NCBI GenBank assembly: GCA_965232515.1
Contig: CBDDPY010000002.1
Location: 5,184,001 to 5,248,000 of the forward strand
DNA: 64,000 nt
Source of the DNA: Alphaproteobacteria bacterium
GTDB taxonomy: Bacteria; Pseudomonadota; Alphaproteobacteria; GCA-2731375
Direction of reading: 5' to 3'
Shown piece after piece: positions 48,529-58,480 of this stretch. Under the pieces are notes generated by a model. It saw only the letters and a program-made list of their open reading frames with translations, did no database searches and was not told where the DNA came from. Each line of letters begins with the position of its first letter. Position 1 is the stretch's first letter. Position numbers and translations under genes: made by a program.

Positions 48529-49404
48529 CTACGGCATCCGCGACAGGGCCCGCAACACCGTCGTGCGCGCAGTGACCAATGCGATCAGCGCGGCCGACGC
48601 CGGGATCAGCAACAAGAGCGCCGCCTGCAAGGGTGGCAGCAGCAGTTCCGGCAGGACCAGCATGCCGAGATCGTTGGCGGCGTAGCCGAGCGGCAGCAGG
48701 GTCAACGCGGCCAAGACCAACCCCACCAGACCGCCGCGCAGCCCCATGGCCAGCGCGTGATTCTGGAAATGCCGGGCAATATAGGCGTCGCGGGCGCCGA
48801 TCAGATGCAACACCTCGATCACATCGTGATGCGCGGCGAAAGCGGCGCGGGTGGCGAACACGATCACGCAGATCATGGCGAGGCCGATCAGCAGCACGAT
48901 ACCGGCGGCCAGCAGCTGCAGGCTGCGCGCGAGATGCACCAGCCGGTCGAGCCAGGCCGTGTGATTGTCGATGCGGGCGCCCGGCACGCGCTCGGCCAGC
49001 CGTTCGGCCAGCCGGTCGATGTCGAGGCCTTGCGCGCTGTCCAACTGCACGTCGATCAGGCGCGGCACCGGCAGATCGTCGATCAAGTTGTTCTGGCCCA
49101 GCCATGGCTCCAGCAACAGCGCGATCTCGTCGCGCGCCAGCGGCCGGGCGTCCCGCACGCCGGCGGTCGCGCGCAGCAGCCCGACGGCGTCCTCGACGCG
49201 GGCGCTCATGTCGGCGTCCGGATCGGCGGCGATCTCGACGGTCAGCGTGCCGGTCAGCGATGTGTTCCAGCCGCGGATCGCCGTGTCGGTCGCCAGCGCG
49301 CCCGCCATCATCAACGTCGCCAGGAAGGTCATGACCGCGATCACCCAGGGCAGGAAACGGCCGGCGCCTTCGCTGTCGGGAACCAGGACGGGCTGCTTCG
49401 CCAT
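48529..49404 (-). CDS. ftsX: Cell division permease FtsX
   Basis: LLEPWLG, LPVPRLI, IEVLHLIGA; follows ftsE. Confidence 0.9.
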   Translation of the reverse strand: MAKQPVLVPDSEGAGRFLPWVIAVMTFLATLMMAGALATDTAIRGWNTSLTGTLTVEIAADPDADMSARVEDAVGLLRATAGVRDARPLARDEIALLLEPWLGQNNLIDDLPVPRLIDVQLDSAQGLDIDRLAERLAERVPGARIDNHTAWLDRLVHLARSLQLLAAGIVLLIGLAMICVIVFATRAAFAAHHDVIEVLHLIGARDAYIARHFQNHALAMGLRGGLVGLVLAALTLLPLGYAANDLGMLVLPELLLPPLQAALLLLIPASAALIALVTARTTVLRALSRMP

Positions 49405-49407
49405 TTC

Positions 49408-50085
49408 TCAGCCCACCCGGCTGACGCCGCTGACGTCGCTCAACTCGCCGTTCTCGATCACCAGCCGCGGATGCTGGAAGCGGTTGACTAGCGACTTGTT
49501 GTGTGTCGCCACCACGACCGTGGTGCCGGTTTTGTGCAATTCCTCGAACAGGCGCACCAGTCGATAGCCGACATGGTCATCGACATTGCCGGTGGGCTCG
49601 TCGGCCAACAGCAGGTTGGGCTTGCTGATCACTGCGCGGGCGATGGCGACGCGTTGCTGCTCGCCGCCGGACAGCGTCGTCGGCCGGGCCTGCAGTTTCT
49701 CGCCCAGCCCAACCCATTCCAGCAGCTCGACCGCGTTGTCGCGCACCCGCGGTCCGTCATCGCCGGCGATTCGCATCGGCAATGCGACATTGTCCAGCAC
49801 GCTCAAGTGATTCAGCAGGCGGAAGTCTTGAAACACGATGCCGATCTGCCGCCGCAGCGCCGGCAGATCGGCGCGCGTCATTGTCGACACGTCATGGCCC
49901 AGCAGCGTGACCAAACCGCGCGACGGCCGTTGCGCCAGATAGAGCAGCTTCAGCAGCGACGACTTGCCGGCGCCGCTCGGACCGGTCAGGAAGCTGAAGG
50001 TGCCAGCATTGAGCGTAAAGCTGATATCGCGCAACACTTCCGGGCCGCGGCCGTAGCGCATGCCGACATTCTCGAATCGGACCAC
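49408..50085 (-). CDS. ftsE: Cell division ATPase FtsE
   Basis: [30 protein letters not shown]; GGAGG before GTG. Confidence 0.93.
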   Translation of the reverse strand: MVRFENVGMRYGRGPEVLRDISFTLNAGTFSFLTGPSGAGKSSLLKLLYLAQRPSRGLVTLLGHDVSTMTRADLPALRRQIGIVFQDFRLLNHLSVLDNVALPMRIAGDDGPRVRDNAVELLEWVGLGEKLQARPTTLSGGEQQRVAIARAVISKPNLLLADEPTGNVDDHVGYRLVRLFEELHKTGTTVVVATHNKSLVNRFQHPRLVIENGELSDVSGVSRVG

Positions 50086-50304
50086 CGAGATTGAGATCCT
50101 CCAACTGCGGCGGCGCGAGCATGCCATGGCCCGGCGCCGTCAGTCCAGCAACACGGAACCACACGATCTTGCCGAAAGGTAAACAAACGCCTACAACTCG
50201 GCGAAGATGCAAGCCAAAACAGGATCATCAACGGGGTCGGCGTGTGAAGGGCGGATGAGTGGGGATACCTTCGTGAGACAACCCGCTGGGCCGACGCGCA
50301 TGGC

Positions 50305-51156
50305 ATGATCCTGACTTGTCCTTCCTGTGCCACCCGGTACATGGTCGACGCGACAGCGTTGGGCGACGGTGGTCGGACCGTGAAATGCGTGCGCTGCGGT
50401 CACCGATGGCATCAGACACCGGTCGACGAAGAGGTGCCGGCGGCCGAGGTCGCGTCAGCTGTGGCCGAACCCGCGCCGGAACCGGAACCCGCGGCCGAAG
50501 CCGAACCGGAATCGGGCGTCGACTCCGAGCCCGACGCGTCGGCCATGGCCGCCGCGATGACCGAGGCCATGGAGACGGCCGATGCGGCGTCCGAACCCGC
50601 CGAATCTACGCCCGAACCCGCCGCACCGGCCGAATCGGTGCCGGAAACGCCTGCGGATCCGCCGGCAGCGCCACCGCCGCCGTCTGTCGCGGCCAGTGCG
50701 ACAGGCGGTGGCCGCTGGCTGTGGGTCGGCTGGGTGATGCTTGTGGTTTTCGTGGCCGGTATCGTCGGCGGCGTCGTAATGTTCCGCGAACCGTTGGTCG
50801 CGTTCTGGCCGCCGGCATCGCAGCTCTACGAGATCGTCAAGCTGCCCGAGGAACCGCCGCCGCCGGAGGAGTTCGCGCTCGATATCGGCAATGTCACGTT
50901 CGAGCGCGCGCGCGAGGGCGGTCAGCCCGTATTGCTGGTCGGTGGCGAGATATCGAACACCAGCGAGATCGCGCAGGAGGTGCCGCGCCTGCGCGTGGCG
51001 CTCAGCGACGAGGCGGGCGAGGAAATCTTCCATTGGACCGTGACGTTGGCGGCCAGCGAGCTTGCCGCCGGCCAGCAGGTGCCGTTCAATACGCGCCTGC
51101 CGAATCCGCCGGCGAATGCCCGCAGCCTTGCCGTCACGTTCATTGTCGAACCCTAG
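50305..51156 (+). CDS. zitP: Zinc-ribbon/TM/DUF3426 protein (ZitP-like)
   Basis: MILTCPSC...KCVRCGHRW, Pro/Glu/Ala linker, single TM, C-terminal beta domain; divergent from ftsE. Confidence 0.72.
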   Translation: MILTCPSCATRYMVDATALGDGGRTVKCVRCGHRWHQTPVDEEVPAAEVASAVAEPAPEPEPAAEAEPESGVDSEPDASAMAAAMTEAMETADAASEPAESTPEPAAPAESVPETPADPPAAPPPPSVAASATGGGRWLWVGWVMLVVFVAGIVGGVVMFREPLVAFWPPASQLYEIVKLPEEPPPPEEFALDIGNVTFERAREGGQPVLLVGGEISNTSEIAQEVPRLRVALSDEAGEEIFHWTVTLAASELAAGQQVPFNTRLPNPPANARSLAVTFIVEP

Positions 51157-51202
51157 GGCGCGGTCGCATGCCGGTCCGCGCGCAAAAACGTTGAGGTAGG
51201 TT

Positions 51203-51751
51203 GTGAGCAGGCCGGAAGCGCAGGTCGAGATCCTTTATTCCGCCGGCGAGATCGACGCACGGGTCACCGCGTTGGCCGAGGAGATCGCCGAATCGCTCGG
51301 CGACGACCTGATGATTATCGCGGTGCTCAAGGGCAGCTTCGTGTTCGCCGCCGATCTGCTGCGGGCGCTGCACCATACCGGCGCGCACCCGCAGGTCGAC
51401 TTCATGTCGCTGTCGAGCTACGGCAAGGGCATGAAAAGCAGCGGCACGGTCACTGTCCTGCGCGACATCACCGACGACGTTGCCGGCCGCAACGTCCTGC
51501 TCGTCGACGATATCCTCGAATCCGGCCGGACGCTCGCGTTCGCCCGCGACCTGATCCGCGACCGCGGCGCCGCCCGGGTCGAGATCTGCGTGCTGCTGGA
51601 GAAGCCGGGCAAGCGCAAGGCCGAGGTCACCGCCGATCATATCGGCTTCGAAACGCCCGATCTGTTCGTGGTCGGCTATGGCCTGGACTATGCCAACTTC
51701 TATCGCGAACTGCCGTATATCGGCGTCGTCCAGAATGGCAACGCGGACTGA
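51203..51751 (+). CDS. hpt: Hypoxanthine phosphoribosyltransferase
   Basis: LKGSFVF, LSSYG, VDDILESG, FVVGYGLD. Confidence 0.93.
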   Translation: MSRPEAQVEILYSAGEIDARVTALAEEIAESLGDDLMIIAVLKGSFVFAADLLRALHHTGAHPQVDFMSLSSYGKGMKSSGTVTVLRDITDDVAGRNVLLVDDILESGRTLAFARDLIRDRGAARVEICVLLEKPGKRKAEVTADHIGFETPDLFVVGYGLDYANFYRELPYIGVVQNGNAD

Positions 51752-51759
51752 GGCTCGGC

Positions 51760-52134
51760 ATGGCGCGCATTCTGGTCGCCGACGACGAGGAATCGGTCCG
51801 CAGCTTCGTCACCCGCGCGCTCGAGGCGCACGGCCATGAGGCCGAGGGTGTTGCCGACGGCGCCCAGGCGCTGGAGGCGCTGGCGCGGGAACGCTTCGAT
51901 CTGCTGCTGACCGATATCGTCATGCCGATCATGGACGGCATCGCGCTGGCGCTGAAAGCGGCGCGCGACTATCCGGATCTGCGCATCCTGATGATGACCG
52001 GCTTCGCCGAGCAGAAAAAGCGCGCCTACAACCTCGACACGCTGATCCATGACGTGATCTCGAAGCCGTTCAACCTGGAACAGATCGTCGCCGCCGTCGA
52101 TGCGGCGCTGGCAGCCGAAAAATCGCGTGATTGA
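51760..52134 (+). CDS. Single-domain response regulator (CpdR2-like)
   Basis: ADDE, TDIVMP, MTGFA, KPF; no output domain. Confidence 0.85.
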   Translation: MARILVADDEESVRSFVTRALEAHGHEAEGVADGAQALEALARERFDLLLTDIVMPIMDGIALALKAARDYPDLRILMMTGFAEQKKRAYNLDTLIHDVISKPFNLEQIVAAVDAALAAEKSRD

Positions 52135-52135
52135 C

Positions 52136-52166
52136 CGTCATGCCCGCGCCTGACGCGGGCATCCAG
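52136..52166. repeat. REP-like palindrome (third copy)
   Basis: CGTCATGCCCGCGCCTGACGCGGGCATCCAG; one mismatch to the reverse complement of 43525-43555. Confidence 0.8.
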
Positions 52167-52198
52167 GAACGTTTGGGCAGGACGCGGCCAGAAGACCC

Positions 52199-54679
52199 CT
52201 AAAACTGCTCCAGCAGGCGGTCGATATAGTCGTGCTCGGCCGGCGCGCGGGTGCGGTCGGCGGCGCGGCGGCGCAACTCGTCCAGGATTTCGCGGGCCCG
52301 CTGCAGATCGGCCTCCTCGGGGATCGCCACGTCGCTGGTGTTGAGGCCGCCCTGCGGGTTGTTGCGGCCCAGCGGATCCTCGTCGGTCACGCCCATCTGC
52401 TCACCGTTCTGCTGGGCGTTGCCGAACTGCTGCGCCATCTCCTCCGCGAGCGACCGCATGCCCTCCGCCAATTGATCGAGGGCGCGGGTCTGGGCCTCGG
52501 CCGACGGCGATGCCTGGCCCTGCTGCAGCGCGTCGCGGGAATCGCGCATCGCCTGCTCGGCGCGGCCGAAGGGGCGCGGAATGTCGCCCAGGCTTTCGCC
52601 CATCTGCCGCATGATGTCGAACAGCTGCCGGCGCAGCGCTTCCTGCTCGGCCGACATGCCGGGCATGGGCTGGCCCTGCTGGCCGAACTGCTGCTGTCCC
52701 GGTTGCTGGCCGCGTTGTCCCGGCTGCGGCATCTGACCGCGCTGGCCCATTTGCGGCATCTGCCCGCGTTGGCCTTGCTGTTGCTGACCGCGCTGACCTT
52801 GCTGGGATTGGCGGAAGGTCTCGTCCAGCAGGCGCTGCTGCTGGCGCATCAGGTCGTTCAGCTCGCGCATGGCGCGCTCGGCGCCCTGCATCTGCTGCGG
52901 CATGGCCATCATCTGGCCGTTACGCATGTTCTCGAGCATTTCTTGCAGCTGGCGCAGCATCTCGCGGGCCGCGTCCTTGGCGCCCATGCGGCTCAGCTCG
53001 CGGGCCCGCTCGATCATGTCCTGCAGGTCCTGGGATTCGACCATCTGGCTGTTCGGATCCATCTGCTGCGGCTGCTCGCCGTTCTGGGCCTGCCGCATCG
53101 CCTGCTCGGCCATGGCCTGCAGATATTCCTGCAGCGCCCGGCTCAACTCGTCCATCAGACGCTCGATCTCGGCGTCGTCGGCGTCGCGGGCCAGCGCGTC
53201 CATCAGTGCCTGCTGGGCGTCGCGCAAGGCCCGTTCGGCCAGCGACACCTTGCCGTCCTCGATCCGGAGCGCGGTATCCCACAGCAGATCCTGCACGCTG
53301 GCGATGTCCTGTTTCTCGCCACTCCGGCGCAGCCGCGACACCGCGCTGTTCAGCGACAGATAGACGACGACGTCCTCATCGTAGGTTTCCGGGCCAGAGG
53401 CGATGCCGGCCAGCGCCAGCGCGATGATCCGCCGCCGCTCGGGCGCGCGCGACAGCTCCTTGCGCTGCTCGATAATGGCTTTCGCGACCGGATGGTTGAA
53501 GGTGCGTTCCGGCAGCACGAAATCGATCTGCTCGCTATAGCCGTCCTGCTCGATGCCGTCGGTCGCGATCAATTCGAGCGTGACCGGCAGGCCGGCCCAT
53601 GGATGCGGCGTCAGGTCGTGAAAGGCGGTGTCGGTCGCCGTCTGCAGGCCGATGCCCGGCAGCGGCATGTCCAGCGCCAGCACGTCGTCATTTTCGCTGT
53701 CACGCAGCCGGATTTCGGCGCGCACGGAGGCAATGCCGTAGTCGTCGGCGGCCTCGTAGTCGATCTTCAGCGCGTTGCGCAGCGTGACCGACAGCTCTTC
53801 GCTGAGTGCGATCTCCGGCGGCAGGTCGGGCACCAGCGAGATCGGCCAGGCCGCCAGCTCGGTCTCGCCCTGGGACACCGACAGGCGCTGGCCCTCGGTC
53901 AGTTCCCGGCTCAGTTCGTGGTTCAGGGCATCGACGGTCTCGAACGGCTGGGCCGCCTCGTCGACCTTCAGGACCGGCTGGGCGTCGCCGCCGAAGACTC
54001 GGGCCAGTACCGTGCTGCCGACGGGCACGTGCACGACGCTATCGCTGCCCTGCGGCGGCAACTGGGTCGGCGCGATACGGGTATAGGCGGGCGGGTTGAT
54101 CCAGACGTCGATCTCGGCCGCGACCGGCGCGGGGCCCGAAAAATCGGGCGTCACGGCGCGGGCAATGCGGTCGGCGCCGTCGCCGATACCGACGGCGAGG
54201 CCGATGATCAGGGCCAGAAACACCACCGCGCGGGTCGCGAACCGGTCGCGGATGGCCAGGCCGGGATGCGGCAGTCCGACCTTCAGGCGCGCCACGGTCT
54301 CGCGCATGCGGCGCTGGTGGGTCTGCCACAGGATTTGCGCGGCGCTGTCGCGTTCACTCGACAGCGTGTCTTCGATGGCCGTCAGGGGGCGGTGCGGCAG
54401 CTCGCTGACCCGCTCGACCCGGCGCTGCGCCAGCGGGAAGTCCGGCAGCCGCAGGTTCCGCAGGCCCCGCCAGAGCAGGACGCCGAATGCGGCGAGCGCG
54501 CCCAGCAGCAGGATGGCGTGCAGCCAGCCCGGCAGCGCCGGCAGCAGGTCGGTCAGCGCCAACGCGACGAAGCCCGCCGCCACGGCGGTCGCCGGCCAAA
54601 GCGCCGGCCACAGCCGCTCCCAGCACAGGGCCAGCCAGGCCAGGACCAACCGACGTCCGATATAGGCTTTGTCGTGCAC
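52199..54679 (-). CDS. TIGR02302/DUF4175 membrane protein
   Basis: WERLWP, WINPPAYT, DDYG, HPWAG, DPLGR, RAREILDELRRR; Gln-rich tail. Confidence 0.88.
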   Translation of the reverse strand: MHDKAYIGRRLVLAWLALCWERLWPALWPATAVAAGFVALALTDLLPALPGWLHAILLLGALAAFGVLLWRGLRNLRLPDFPLAQRRVERVSELPHRPLTAIEDTLSSERDSAAQILWQTHQRRMRETVARLKVGLPHPGLAIRDRFATRAVVFLALIIGLAVGIGDGADRIARAVTPDFSGPAPVAAEIDVWINPPAYTRIAPTQLPPQGSDSVVHVPVGSTVLARVFGGDAQPVLKVDEAAQPFETVDALNHELSRELTEGQRLSVSQGETELAAWPISLVPDLPPEIALSEELSVTLRNALKIDYEAADDYGIASVRAEIRLRDSENDDVLALDMPLPGIGLQTATDTAFHDLTPHPWAGLPVTLELIATDGIEQDGYSEQIDFVLPERTFNHPVAKAIIEQRKELSRAPERRRIIALALAGIASGPETYDEDVVVYLSLNSAVSRLRRSGEKQDIASVQDLLWDTALRIEDGKVSLAERALRDAQQALMDALARDADDAEIERLMDELSRALQEYLQAMAEQAMRQAQNGEQPQQMDPNSQMVESQDLQDMIERARELSRMGAKDAAREMLRQLQEMLENMRNGQMMAMPQQMQGAERAMRELNDLMRQQQRLLDETFRQSQQGQRGQQQQGQRGQMPQMGQRGQMPQPGQRGQQPGQQQFGQQGQPMPGMSAEQEALRRQLFDIMRQMGESLGDIPRPFGRAEQAMRDSRDALQQGQASPSAEAQTRALDQLAEGMRSLAEEMAQQFGNAQQNGEQMGVTDEDPLGRNNPQGGLNTSDVAIPEEADLQRAREILDELRRRAADRTRAPAEHDYIDRLLEQF

Positions 54680-55968
54680 TAGGCCGCTCCGCGTTCGGCG
54701 CCGTCGTCCGCCGCCAGCCAGGGCGGCAGATTGTCGAGCGTCAGCAGTTCATCGAGGGTCTGGCGCGACCGCACCACGGCGAAGTCGCTGCCGTTCACCA
54801 ACACCTCGGCCGCCAGCGGCCGGCTGTTGTAGGTCGAGGACATCACCGCACTATAGGCGCCGGCGGACCGGACCGCGATCAAATCGTCGGGATCGAGCGG
54901 CGGTGCCGGCCGGTTCGAGGCCAGCACGTCGCCGGATTCGCAGACCGGGCCGACATAGTCGACCGCGCCGAGCGTGGCGTCGGACGCGGCCTGCCGGACC
55001 GGCACGATATCGTGCCAGGCGTCGTAGAGCGACGGCCGGATCAGATCGTTCATGGCGGCGTCGAGGATCACGAAGCGCCGGCCCTCGTCCTTCACATAGA
55101 TGACCTTGGCCACCAGCACGCCGGCATTGCCGACCAGCATGCGGCCTGGTTCGAATATAAGGCGGCAATCGGTATTGCCAACGACCCGCCGTACCATGGC
55201 GGCGTATTCGGCCGGCGTCGGCGGCGTCTCGCCGCCGTAAGGAATGCCCAGGCCGCCGCCCAGGTCGATGCGGGCGATGTCGTGGCCCTCGGCCCTGAGC
55301 GCGCCGGCCAGATCGACGATGCGGCCGAACGCGGTCTCATAGGGCGCCAGATCCGTCAGTTGCGAGCCGATATGCAGCGACACGCCGACCACCTCGATGC
55401 CCGGCAGCCTGGCGGCCATCCCGTAGATATCGTGCGCCCGGTTCCAGGGAATGCCGAACTTGTTGTCGAACTTGCCGGTTGTGATCTTTGCGTGTGTTTT
55501 GGCATCGACGTCAGGGTTGACCCGGACCGTCACCGGCGCGGCGACTCCGCGGCCCGCCGCCACCTCGCTCAAGGCCTTCAGTTCGGGCTCGCTCTCGACG
55601 TTGAACTGGTAGATGCCGGCGTCCAGCGCTTCGGCCATCTCGACCCTGGTCTTACCGACGCCGGCGAAGACGATGCGGTCGGCCGGGATGCCGGCGGTCA
55701 GCGCGCGCCGCAGCTCGCCGCCGGAGACGACGTCGGCGCCGGCGCCCATCTCGCCGAAGGTGCGGATCACGGCCTGGTTCGAATTCGCCTTCAGCGCATA
55801 GCAGACCAGCGCGTCGCGGTCGGCGAATTCGCCGGCGAAGACCTGATAGTGCCGGGCCATGGTGGCGGTCGAATAGCAGAAGAACGGCGTGCCGACGTCA
55901 GCCGCGATGCGGGCCAGCGGCACATCCTCGGCATACATCTCGCCGTCGCGATAACTGAAATGGTCCAT
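54679..55968 (-). CDS. lysA: Diaminopimelate decarboxylase
   Basis: YALKANS, HIGSQ, EPGR, GPVCESGD, SSTYN. Confidence 0.95.
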   Translation of the reverse strand: MDHFSYRDGEMYAEDVPLARIAADVGTPFFCYSTATMARHYQVFAGEFADRDALVCYALKANSNQAVIRTFGEMGAGADVVSGGELRRALTAGIPADRIVFAGVGKTRVEMAEALDAGIYQFNVESEPELKALSEVAAGRGVAAPVTVRVNPDVDAKTHAKITTGKFDNKFGIPWNRAHDIYGMAARLPGIEVVGVSLHIGSQLTDLAPYETAFGRIVDLAGALRAEGHDIARIDLGGGLGIPYGGETPPTPAEYAAMVRRVVGNTDCRLIFEPGRMLVGNAGVLVAKVIYVKDEGRRFVILDAAMNDLIRPSLYDAWHDIVPVRQAASDATLGAVDYVGPVCESGDVLASNRPAPPLDPDDLIAVRSAGAYSAVMSSTYNSRPLAAEVLVNGSDFAVVRSRQTLDELLTLDNLPPWLAADDGAERGAA

Positions 55969-55972
55969 GGCC

Positions 55973-56119
55973 TCAGTTCGTCGTTGCCGGACGCCGCTTC
56001 TTCGCGTCCTCCTCGTCCGCGGCCTTCGGCGGATCCTCCAACGGTCCCTTCTTGCCGCAGGCGGACAGTCCGGCCGTGGCCGCGAAAGCGAACAGAATAG
56101 CGAAAATCAGCCGGGTCAT
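55973..56119 (-). CDS. lptM: 48-aa lipoprotein, LptM/YifL/LppL family (absent from ORF track)
   Basis: Hand translation [31 protein letters not shown]...; lipobox LSAC plus CGxKGPL; ATG overlaps the argH stop; upstream of lysA. Confidence 0.85.
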   Translation of the reverse strand: MTRLIFAILFAFAATAGLSACGKKGPLEDPPKAADEEDAKKRRPATTN

Positions 56120-57516
56120 GCCAGCCGCGCCTTCGCCGCCGCGATCGCCTGCAGCACCTGGCTCGGCGCCGTGCCGCCATAGCTCGTGCGGCTGCGCACC
56201 GAATTCTCGACGCCCAGCACCTCGAACACCTCCGATGTGATCGCCGGCTCGACGCCCGTCATGTCGTCGAGCGACAGCTCGGCGAGGTCGCAGCCGCGCT
56301 GTTCGGCAATCGCCACCAGCCGGCCCGTGACATGGTGCGCCTGCCGGAACGGCAGTCCGGCCGCGCGCACCAGCCAGTCGGCGAGATCGGTCGCCGTGCT
56401 GAAGCCGGCGCCGGCGGCGCTCGCCATGGCATCTCGGTTGACGCCCATGTCCCGCACCATGCCGGCCATGGCGGCGAGCGTCAGCGCCATCGTGTCGGCG
56501 ACCTCGAAAACCGGTTCCTTGTCTTCCTGCATGTCCTTCGAATAAGTCATCGGCAGGCCTTTCATGACAATCAGCAGCGCGTTCAGATCGCCGATCACCC
56601 GGCCGGCCTTGGCGCGGATCAGCTCGGCGGCATCCGGATTGCGTTTCTGCGGCATGATCGACGAGCCGGTGCTGAAGGCGTCGCTCAACTGCACGAAGCC
56701 GAACTGTGCCGACGACCAGTTAACGATTTCTTCAGCGAGCCGCGACAGGTGCGTCGCGCAGATCGCCGCCGCCGCGAGATATTCGATCGCGAAGTCGCGC
56801 GACGCGACCGCGTCCATCGAGTTCGCCATCGGCCGGTCGAAACCGAGCGCCTTGCTGGTCGCCTCGCGGTCGATCGGAAACGACGTGCCGGCCAGCGCCG
56901 CCGCGCCCAGCGGACATTCGTTCATGCGCCGCCGGCAATCGGCGGCTCGGCCGGCGTCGCGCGCAAACATCTCGACATAGGCCATCATGTGGTGGCCGAA
57001 GGTGACGGGCTGGGCCGCCTGCAGGTGCGTGAAACCCGGCATCACCGCATCCACATGGGCCTCGGCCTGGCTCAACAGCGCCCGTTGCAGGTCGTCCAGC
57101 CCGGCGATCAGCTCGTCGAGCGCGCCGCGCACCCAGATCCGGAAGTCGGTCGCCACCTGGTCGTTGCGCGACCGCCCCGTATGCAGCCGGCCGGCCGGCT
57201 CGCCGATGATCTCGGCCAGGCGCGCCTCGACATGCATGTGAATATCCTCGCGCGCCGCCGAATAGGTGAACGTGCCGGCCCGGATCTCGTCTTCGACCTG
57301 GTCAAGCCCTTTCAAGATCGCGTGACCGTCGTCCTCGGTCAGGATTCCCTGGGCGACCAGCATGTTACAATGCGCGCGGCTGCCGGCGATGTCTTCGGCA
57401 TAAAAACGGCGGTCGAAGTCGATGGAGGCGTTGATCCGCTCCATGATCTCCGCGTGGCCTCCGGCGAAGCGGCCGCCCCAGAGCGCATTGGCGTCGCGAC
57501 GCGGCTTGTCGGTCAT
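56116..57516 (-). CDS. argH: Argininosuccinate lyase
   Basis: [22 protein letters not shown]. Confidence 0.96.
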   Translation of the reverse strand: MTDKPRRDANALWGGRFAGGHAEIMERINASIDFDRRFYAEDIAGSRAHCNMLVAQGILTEDDGHAILKGLDQVEDEIRAGTFTYSAAREDIHMHVEARLAEIIGEPAGRLHTGRSRNDQVATDFRIWVRGALDELIAGLDDLQRALLSQAEAHVDAVMPGFTHLQAAQPVTFGHHMMAYVEMFARDAGRAADCRRRMNECPLGAAALAGTSFPIDREATSKALGFDRPMANSMDAVASRDFAIEYLAAAAICATHLSRLAEEIVNWSSAQFGFVQLSDAFSTGSSIMPQKRNPDAAELIRAKAGRVIGDLNALLIVMKGLPMTYSKDMQEDKEPVFEVADTMALTLAAMAGMVRDMGVNRDAMASAAGAGFSTATDLADWLVRAAGLPFRQAHHVTGRLVAIAEQRGCDLAELSLDDMTGVEPAITSEVFEVLGVENSVRSRTSYGGTAPSQVLQAIAAAKARLA

Positions 57517-57575
57517 ATCTTGAACTCCTACCTAACGAAGTGCGTTTACAAAGCAGGCGCGTGCAAAGGGTGACG

Positions 57576-58157
57576 ATGTCGAAACTACGGTCGAAGTTGC
57601 GCATTCTCCGGACCGGCCTGATCGGCTTCTGCCTGGGCATCGCGCTCACGTTGCCAGCGGCGGCCGAACCGCCGGCCGATCTCGCCTCCGGCGCGATGGC
57701 GAACTTTACAATTTTGCCCGAGCCCAAGCCAGGGCCCGAGGTCAGTTTCGTCAACGGCGACGGCAAGGAACTCAGTCTGGCTGATTTCCGCGGCAAGGTG
57801 CTGCTGGTCAACCTGTGGGCCACCTGGTGCGGACCGTGCCGGCGCGAGATGCCGGATCTCGACGCTCTGCAGGCGGAATTCGGCGGCGACAAGTTCGAGG
57901 TCGTGGCGATCTCGGCCGACCGGCAGGGACCGTCGGTAATCGGCCCGTTCTATGACGAGGTCGGCGTCAAGAACCTGGTGCACTACAACGACAAGACCAT
58001 GAAGACGCACCGCGCGATGCGGTCGCTCGGCCTGCCCACCACGATCATGTACGATGCCAAGGGCCGCGAGGTCGGGCGCCTGATCGGCCCGGCCCACTGG
58101 GCCGCGCCCGAGGCCTTCCGTCTGGTCCGATACTTCGTCGACGCGGCGGGTTCCTAG
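57576..58157 (+). CDS. TlpA-like thiol:disulfide oxidoreductase
   Basis: N-terminal export signal, NLWATWCGPC, GLPTT. Confidence 0.9.
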   Translation: MSKLRSKLRILRTGLIGFCLGIALTLPAAAEPPADLASGAMANFTILPEPKPGPEVSFVNGDGKELSLADFRGKVLLVNLWATWCGPCRREMPDLDALQAEFGGDKFEVVAISADRQGPSVIGPFYDEVGVKNLVHYNDKTMKTHRAMRSLGLPTTIMYDAKGREVGRLIGPAHWAAPEAFRLVRYFVDAAGS

Positions 58158-58180
58158 ATCGAATTCGATGCCGCTCGGCT

Positions 58181-58480
58181 TCAGCCGTCGTCGTCGATCT
58201 GATCGGTCAGCCAGTCGATCACGCGGTTGACGTTCGGCTGGGTCATGTCGAAGGTCAGCGCCAGGCCGTCCGGCATCGACCGCACCACGGTGACCTGAAA
58301 GCGGTTGTCGGCGTCGATCACCAGGGCGCCGATGCTGCCGGCGCCGGCCTTCAGCGTGGTCTTCACGCAAACCCCGCCCATCGACAGGTTGCACAGGGTG
58401 CAAGGCGCCGAATCCTTGCCGATCACCAGCTCGTATTGGCCGGACGCATCTCGTCGCGTGTGTTCGCGTCGTTCGTTCAC
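58181..58480 (-). CDS. Stand-alone PilZ domain protein
   Basis: REHTR and NLSMGG motifs; GTG overlaps the hbd stop. Confidence 0.7.
   Translation of the reverse strand: MNERREHTRRDASGQYELVIGKDSAPCTLCNLSMGGVCVKTTLKAGAGSIGALVIDADNRFQVTVVRSMPDGLALTFDMTQPNVNRVIDWLTDQIDDDG

Noticed and set aside
52232-54682. 816-aa plus-strand ORF and many other long antisense ORFs (e.g. 15117-16886, 10142-11755, 23299-24834, 54487-56100)
   Set aside because: Shadow frames of well-supported genes in high-GC DNA; no motifs and skewed composition
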